Assembly: GCF_009914755.1 (NCBI RefSeq)
Contig: NC_060926.1
Reading direction: 5' to 3' (one strand)
DNA length: 64,000 nt
DNA from: the human T2T-CHM13v2.0 reference genome, Homo sapiens
Part shown: positions 47,254-64,000 of the stretch, piece after piece
Layout of the letters: each line of letters opens with the position of its first letter
Numbering within the stretch: the first letter of the stretch is position 1
Notes under the pieces: model-generated
What the model saw: the letters and a program-made list of their open reading frames with translations, nothing else
What the model was told of the DNA's origin: nothing
The model's database searches: none
Made by a program: the position numbers and the translations under genes

Positions 47254-47623
47254 GGTTATGGACTGAATTGTGTCCCCGCCGCCAGCCCCCAAATTCATAT
47301 GTTGAAGCCCTAACCCCCAATGCAACTGTATTTGGAGACAGAGTTTTTAGGAGACAATTAAGTTTAAGTGAGGTCATAATGATGGGACCCTCATTCAATA
47401 GGGCCAGTGTCCTTAAAAGAAAAGGAAGAGAACTCGCACTCTCTGCCATGTGAGGACACAGTGACAAGGCTGCCACCTGCAAGCCAGGGACAGAGCCCTC
47501 ACCAGGAATGGAATCCCCTGGCACTTTGATCCTGGACTTCTAGCCTGCAGAACTGTGAGAAATAAAATGTTGTTGTTTAAGTCATCTGGTGTTTTGTTAT
47601 GATGGCCCAAGCTGTCCAAGACG
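47254..47623 (+). mobile_element. MLT1-type MaLR solo LTR
   Basis: 'gttatggactgaattgtgtcccc..aaattcatatgttgaagccctaacccccaatg...ctgtgagaaataaa...aagac'. Confidence 0.85.
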
Positions 47624-47835
47624 GTAAGGTTATGCCAAGGTGCAGGTGAGAGGTACATGTGCAAGTATGCCTGAAGTAGGTTTGAAAGCCTATGAAGGAT
47701 CATTACTGATTTGCATCATCACACCTGGCAGGAACCTACCCGGTGACATTCCCTCAGCCATGAGAGGAAACAATCCTGCCGCTTTTACATTAAGATCGTG
47801 GAGCTATTACTCACTGCAGAGTTAAGGCCCTTTTT

Positions 47836-51900
<4,065 letters not shown>

Positions 51901-52387
51901 TGGCTAAGGACATTGGGGTCCCAGGGCTACAGGGAAAGAATCGTGACTGTCCACACTTTGTTAAAAGCCCACCTGTTTCCTTCATCAGCCGCTGCTGTCT
52001 GGTGTGTATCCAGGTCTCTAGAAGCTTCCAGGGGCACCTTGACCTGCCCCAGCTCCTACCCTTCCTCTCCAGGGCCCTATAAGACAAATTTACACAGGTG
52101 TTTCTCTCACCCTGGACCCGATTATTTGGCCCCACCTGCTGCTGAAATTCTGCCGCTGGGTCCAAGGAGGGGCTGCCCCAGCGAGCACTGGCTCCCACCA
52201 TCTGGGACACATGCCCGTCTCTCTGTGCCTCAGTTTACTTCTCCATGTACTGAGGGACACAAAGATCCGCTCCAAGGCCCTCCCAGGTCACTACCACCTC
52301 CTAGAGAGGGGCAGAGTGTGCCCCTGGGCCACTTTCGTGCAGTGAGAGGGCACATCGTGAGGCCCGAATCAAACCCAGGGCTCCTTC

Positions 52388-52690
52388 CTTTTATTTTTTA
52401 TTTATTTATTTTTTCAGACAGGGTCTCACTCTGTTGCAGCGGCTGGTGTGCAGCGGCTAGATCATAGCTCACTGCAGCCTTGGCCTGTGAGGCTCAAGTG
52501 ATCCTCCCACCTCAGCCTCCCAAGTAGTTGGGACTACAGGTGTGCACCACCCACCTTGCTAATTTTTCGTTTTTTGTGGAGACAGATTTGGCCATGTTGC
52601 CCAGGCTAGTCTCAAACTCCTGGGCTCAACCATCTGCCTGCCTTGGCCACTCAAAGTGCTGGGATTACAGGTGTCCGTGCCCTGTCCTGG
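52388..52690 (-). mobile_element. AluJ
   Basis: Reverse Alu with 'atcatagctcactgcagcct' and 'ggctcaagtgatcctccc'. Confidence 0.88.
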
Positions 52691-53742
52691 GGTCCCTTCT
52701 GAACGAGGCTCCTTTGGTGTGGATTCAGGAGACACAGATGTGGGAGAAGCTGAGATCTTCCAGGAAGGACACAACCCTGGGAGCACGTGCCTGCTGAGAC
52801 AGCCATGATGTTTGCTTTCAGCCAAAGCTGGAAGATTTAGTTCTGTTGCACACATGGCTGCTGAGCATCTGCTGGGTGCCTGTTCCTGGGCCAGGGCCTC
52901 CTGCTCTCCAGAACCTGGAAGGCTGGGAGCAGAATAAGACAGATCTAGAGGCCTCACGTCTTAGGGTGAGGGGTCACCGGCCCCAGCTGGAAGTGGAGGG
53001 GAGGGACTTACTAGAGGCCTCCTAGAAAGTGTGACCTCCCAAAAGTTACTAGAATGATTGCTGGTCAAGCACCTGGACCCTTCTGGTCTACGATCACCCT
53101 GGTGGAGCTCTGGAGGATGAAGGGCAGCCTGTGGGGAGAGTCCGCTGGGAACAGCATGAGGAAGGGCACCGGAACAGCAGCAGCCAGCTGGCTGGTGACT
53201 GGCGAGAGTCTGGGCCAAGGTCTGGCTCACAAGGATTGGGTGTTCCTGTGACTTCCCACAGGGAATGGGGAGCTCTGGAAGGGGGTAGGGTTTAAGCAGG
53301 GAGTGGCAGATCCTTGTGCCTGCACTGGCTACCGGGGAGGGTGACGACTGCAGGGAGGTGACCTGAGTCTCTTTGAGAGCTGTGTCCTTCTCAAGGACTT
53401 TGTGTACTTTGAATTCCCTAAGAACTAAACATTGCCATTTTGGGTCAACATCGTGATATATATTCTATCATTATACTTTTTATTAGGCTTAGTAACTATT
53501 ATAATAGCAGTGTTCTCATGGAGCCTCGGAGGATCAAAGCCCTTGCACGGATGTTTTCTCCATGGCCATTGGGATGTCTACTTGTCAGCAGATTGGCAGA
53601 TATTCGATGACACCCTCACAGTCCCCCAGGGAGTGATGACTTCTGGATGAGGTTGGCACTAGGGCTGCCATCTCAGAACCCAGAGTAGGCCCAGGGGTGG
53701 TATCTCCGAAGGAGCCGAGGATTCTCCGTGATGACTTGCAAA

Positions 53743-53824
53743 CTCAGCAGGCTCCAGCTCGGTGGCACTGGGGGAAGGCTCCAGACCCCAGCCTCTGTCA
53801 TCCCTGCATGGAGCCCACATCTCC
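53743..53824 (+). ncRNA. MIR4267: Annotated miRNA hairpin mir-4267 (mature tccagctcggtggcac, 53753-53768)
   Basis: Exact match to the recalled 16-nt miR-4267, at the expected position downstream of MALL. The hairpin is weak. Confidence 0.75.
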
Positions 53825-55165
53825 AAGGAGGCTGGGAGATCCTGTTTGGGGGTCAATTTAAATGTGAAGGAGCAGAATACAGAGAGTTTGGGAACCCAAG
53901 GAGGGGACAAAAGACAGAATCAGGACCCAGTCTTAAATACGCTCAGATTGCTGGGCACCTCCTCATGACAGGCTGGGCCCTGGGTACTGGATGCTAGGAT
54001 GAATGAGAAATGGCCTCTGCCCTTGAGGGGCTCACAGACACCAGAAAAGACAAACCAGGAGAGTCAGAAAAAGGAAGAGCAAGGTGCTGGGGAACTGAGC
54101 CCCGAACCCCATTTCCCACTCTTACTACCCATGCCCCCTGCATGTGACATGGCCAGAATTTGTCCCTGCCTTGTGCCTTTAACTGTGGGGAATCCTGGAA
54201 TTTTCTAGAAATCCAATTTCACAGAATGAAAGTTTTTCTTTTTCAGAGGTGATCCACTAAAACTTTAACTTAATTTCATTTTATGCTTCTTTAAAATTCG
54301 TTGATGTAAATAACTTACAAATCAAAAAAAGCCAAATTTGGTTTTGGAAATTACAGCCTGCACAGTTCACACATATGTGTGCACACATGCACAGGCACAC
54401 ACACAAAAGGTGCTGCCCACCGTGGGAGCTCAGCCTGAACTCGCACATGTGGATACACGTGCTTGGGCTCAGACCCCAAGCAAAGGCCAGAAGAACAGCT
54501 GTCGCTCTGTGAGAATTGGCTGGAAGCTGCAGGGAACACCTGTAGGAGCTGTTGGGGAGCCCTCCTGCCTCTGGCCACCTGTGTTGGGGTAGGTCAGGTA
54601 AGGAGTGATGGAGAAAGGTGGAGCGATGGTGGACAGGACGGGCGCTTCTCCAAGCATAGCCTGCTGCTTTCTTACTGCTTCCCCTGGGCTCATTTCAAAG
54701 GTGCCTGCAGTAGCACAGCCCAGTTGGTCACTGGGTCCCATTTCCCTGGGATGAAGATTTGGGCCCAGCTCAGCTGAGGGAACACGGAGGGTGAGGGAAA
54801 GGACATGAAGTGGGACTCAGGATGTGCCAGGCACGTGACATCTGGTCCTTCCACCCCCCCACGGACCTGGGCAGGGTTCCTCACCCGCCTGGGCTCAGAG
54901 AGGTCAGGCTGCCAGCCCACAGCTCACAGGGTGGGTGACTGAGGAGGTTGCATTCTGGCTTAGATCTGACATGCCGAAGTGCCATGGCCTGTGCTACCAA
55001 GAGGAAGGTTCAGAGGAGCCAGGGCTCTTCCCCTGACCTCACAGGCTACTGCGTCCTCAGACAGCTTGTGTGACAAATGGGTAATATTTCCCATGCATTT
55101 GGGAAGAGGGCAAGATCAGCAAGATTTCCCCGAATAGCATCCACCTTGGGGAACCACTCTCTGCC

Positions 55166-55196
<31 letters not shown>

Positions 55197-56491
55197 TATT
55201 GTATTCTATGCATTTCATGACATGTAAAAGGTTGGGAAGTAAATAAAATATAAGAAGGTTCTACTATGTGCCAAGGCTGCTTCTGTTTTTATTTTTTGGC
55301 TCCACTCCTGCCCAAGTGCAGTCACAACACTCAAGGCAGGTGGACTCCTGGGCCCACGGTGTCTGTGTTCTCAGCTCTGAATTAGGCCAGAGTATTCTGC
55401 AGCCCCACGTCGAACCACTTGCACAGCAAAAACCAGCCAGCCTCTTAGGCATCTCTTACTGGTGCAGCTTACATGAAACACTTGTCTTTCATTTCAGATG
55501 CAGAGTGGAAATAATACTGTAGGAATAAATTCATACTAAAGTGTGAATGGTATACATAGGCCATTTCTTCCTTTGGCAAGTATCTCTTGAGAGCCAGCTG
55601 GTTAGGAGTCAGAGACTTGTCCTGGGCCATTCACTCACCTTTTTGCCTTCTGTTGTGAGAATTAAATAAGGAAATGTGGACCAAGAGCCTGGCACAGTAG
55701 AACCTTCTTATATTTTACTTCCCAATCTTTTTACACATCATGGAATGCATAGAAAATAATAATTTTTTTTTTTTGCACAATGGAATAAAGTACGGACTTA
55801 GTGAAAAAATCATCACATTACCTTTCTGTATACATTTAACTATGATAAAAATAATTTTAAAGGTATTGGGAGGCATTAAAGGTGAAATTGATATGAAACA
55901 TCAAAATAAAGGCTTTTTAAAAAACGTAATGAGAAACTTGGGCTTGCATTTATGTAAATACTATTTTGGGTAAGTCCATTTGCTTGAACCAGCTACAATT
56001 ACTGATTAAGACTTTTAGATTATTCCTTAGGTGAGTGAAACTGCCAACAAGTTCTGCAGGCAACTGGGATAGCAACTGCCCTTCCCGGTAGGCACACACA
56101 TGCCAATCTCAGAAGGATTTGCATGGGTTCAGGAAAATTTAGGTGTTAATGTCTCAGTGTTAAGAAGTCTGCACATTTGGAATTTTCTGCAGATAATACA
56201 TTAGAGATTTGGGACCTAGACTCTGGTGTGTAATTGCATAGTCACTTTAGACTTGTGGTTTCAGGTTGAAATCTAAGTTAACAAACTGTTGGAACATTTA
56301 AGAGAATATAAAGTTCATCATATTTCAAATTTAACTTACTGATACAAAGGCTCATTTAAGAGACTGAAAACCAATTTATTGTCAGATCACTGACATAATT
56401 AAAAAGGAAAATGAGTATATTAAACTTATAAAGGCAGTTTAGAATGTTGGAAGATATCTCCTTAATTAAATTTGCAATTGCACCAAATGTT

Positions 56492-56784
56492 GGCAAGGTG
56501 TAGTGGTTCAAGCCTGTAATCCCAGAACTTTGAGAGGCCGAGGCAGGAGGATTGCTTGAGGCCAGGAGTTTGAGACCAGCTTGGGCAATATAGTGAGACC
56601 CCCATCTCTACAAAAAATTAAAAAATTAGCTGAGCATCATGGCACATGCCTATATTCCCATCTATTCTGGGAGCTGAGGTGGGAGGACTGCTTGAACCCA
56701 AGAAGTCAAGGCTGCAGTAAGCTGTGACTATACCACTGCACTCCAGCCTGGGTGGCAGTGAGACCCTGTCAGAAAAAAAAAAAA
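56492..56784 (+). mobile_element. AluJ
   Basis: Dimeric Alu with J-type motifs and an A-tail. Confidence 0.9.
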
Positions 56785-57369
56785 GCAAATGATTTTCATC
56801 AAAGGCCTATTAAAAGTGATTGCTGGCTAAATATTAGTAGTAAACAATCCAAAAGTACAATTAAGAAAAACAATTTCATGTACATAACATCAAAAAGAAA
56901 AACATAGGAGTAAATTCAATTAAAAACTGCAAGATTTGTACACTGAAAACTACAAAACACTGTTGAAAGAAATTTAAAAACTCCTAAATAGATAGAAAGG
57001 AATCCATGGTTATGGATTGGAAAACCTAATATTAAGAATGCTATATTTCTCAAATTTATCTACAGAGGAATGCAATCCCTAGCAAACCCCAATGGGAAAT
57101 GGCAATTTTGGAGAAATTCATGACCTGACCCTAAAATTCAAGTGGACATGCAAAGGACCCAGAATGGCCCAAATGATTTAGATCTTGAAAAAGAAGGACA
57201 AAAGTAGAGAGCTCACATTTCCTACTTTCAAAACTTAGTACAAAGCTACAGTAATCAATACAGTAAAAGTGGTATTAGCAAAAGTGTAGACATCACAACA
57301 ACAGAATATAATTAAGAGTCCAGAAACAACTCGCCATATTCACAGTCAATTGATTTTTGACAAGGATGC

Positions 57370-57717
57370 TGTATTAATCTGTTTTCACACTGCTGATAAA
57401 GACATACCCAAGACTGGGTAAATTATAAAGAAAAAGAGGTTTAATTGACTCAGAGTTTCACGTGGATCATGGTGGAAGCAGAAAGGCACATATTACATTG
57501 GTGGCAGGCAAAAGAGAGAATGACAGCCAAGCGAGAGGGCCTTTGCTTTATAAAACCATCAGCTCTCGTGACACTTATTCACTACCATGAGAACAGTATG
57601 GGGGAAACCACCCCATGATTCAATCATCTCCCACTGGGTCCCTCCCACAACACGTGCAGATTACAGGAGCTACAATTCAAGATGCGATTTGGATGGGGAC
57701 ACAGCCAGACCATATCA
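57370..57717 (-). mobile_element. THE1 (B/C-like) solo LTR
   Basis: tgtatt...catatca, 348 bp. 5-bp TSD GATGC at 57365-57369 and 57718-57722. Confidence 0.9.
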
Positions 57718-57754
57718 GATGCAAGAACAATCCAATGGAGAAAGAATAGTCTTA

Positions 57755-58151
<397 letters not shown>

Positions 58152-58953
58152 TCAAAATGTATAAAAGACATAAAACGTAAGAGTTAAAACCACTAAACTC
58201 TTAGAAGAAAACACAGGAGTAAATGTCCATGATCTTGGATTAGGCGGAGGTTTCTTAGGTGTAATGCCAAAAGTATCAGCAACAGAAGAAAAAAATAAAT
58301 TGGACCTTGCCTTAAAACACAGATGGCAGAGAAGAAAAAATATACTTCATCAAAATTAAAAACTTTTTTGCTTCAATGAGATCATCAAGAAAAGTGAAAT
58401 GATAACCCATAAAATGGAGAAAAGCACGTATCTGATGAGGGATTTGTATCTAGAATACAGAAAGAACTCTTACAACTCAATAATAAAAAGACAAAAATTC
58501 CATTAAAAAGTAGATGAAGGTTCTGAATGGTGAATATATATATATGTATATATACACACACACAAATAGCCAAGAGCCACATTCATAAATATTGAACTTT
58601 GTTTGCCAGCAGGGAAATGAAAATTAACACAAAGAGATATCCCACACACCTATTAGAATGACTAAAATAAAAAAAGCTGATAACTAGCAATCGTGCTCCT
58701 GGGCACTTATTTATTTCAGAGAAACAAAAACTTACATTCACACAAAAACCTGTACACAAATGTTCATAGCAGCTTTATTTGTAATAGCCCCAGTCTAGAA
58801 ACAACCCAAACGTCCTTTGACAGGTGTCTGGTTAAACACACTGTGGCACATCCATCCCATAGAATAGTACTCAATAACAGAGGAATGAACTCCTGATATA
58901 TACACCTTGGACAAATTTTCACAGAGTATGCAGAGTTTAAAAATCTAATCCTA

Positions 58954-60759
<1,806 letters not shown>

Positions 60760-60959
60760 TTAGAAATAAAAAACAGATTAGTGGGCCACGGGTTAAGGAG
60801 AGGAAGAACAGGAGAGAAGTGGGTTTGGCCAAAAAGGGCAGTGTGAGGGATCCCTGTGGGGAAGGAGATGTTCTACATCTTTTCTTTTTCTTACCTTTTT
60901 TTTTTTTTAAAGAAATGGGGATCTCACTGTGTTGCCCAGGCTGGAGTGCAGTGACTGCT

Positions 60960-64000
<3,041 letters not shown>

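Noticed and set aside
55167-55193. Isolated long poly(A) run as a retrocopy tail
   Set aside because: No TSD or upstream poly(A) signal is visible, so it is likely a simple mononucleotide expansion.

Overview
This is primate DNA, almost certainly human chr2q13 read on the genomic minus strand. It holds the complete four-exon MALL gene (MAL-like/BENE, a 153-aa MARVEL tetraspan protein) on the window + strand. The CDS exons are 7946-8050, 31954-32121, 36087-36212 and 38027-38089, all with phase-0 GT-AG introns, and the 3'UTR runs to about 39910. The first ~400 bp are probably the NPHP1 3'UTR end (recalled from synteny). Two annotated miRNA hairpins are present: MIR4436B in intron 3 and MIR4267 downstream. 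The rest is transposon-rich: a near-full-length L1PB, a 5'-inverted (twin-primed) L1PA, a complete THE1 MaLR provirus, a MER11 solo LTR, an SVA inserted inside an Alu inside an old L1, an ERV pol remnant and about 14 Alus. I see no evidence for a new multi-gene system. The most noteworthy unexplained items are small: a ~137-bp TSD-flanked, polyadenylated insertion of non-repeat-looking sequence in intron 1; two templated micro-insertions inside L1s; a 108-bp perfect palindrome in intron 2; a splice acceptor plus uORF in front of the first coding exon; and several candidate enhancers. Repeat subfamily calls come from recalled consensus sequences, and boundaries without TSDs are approximate.
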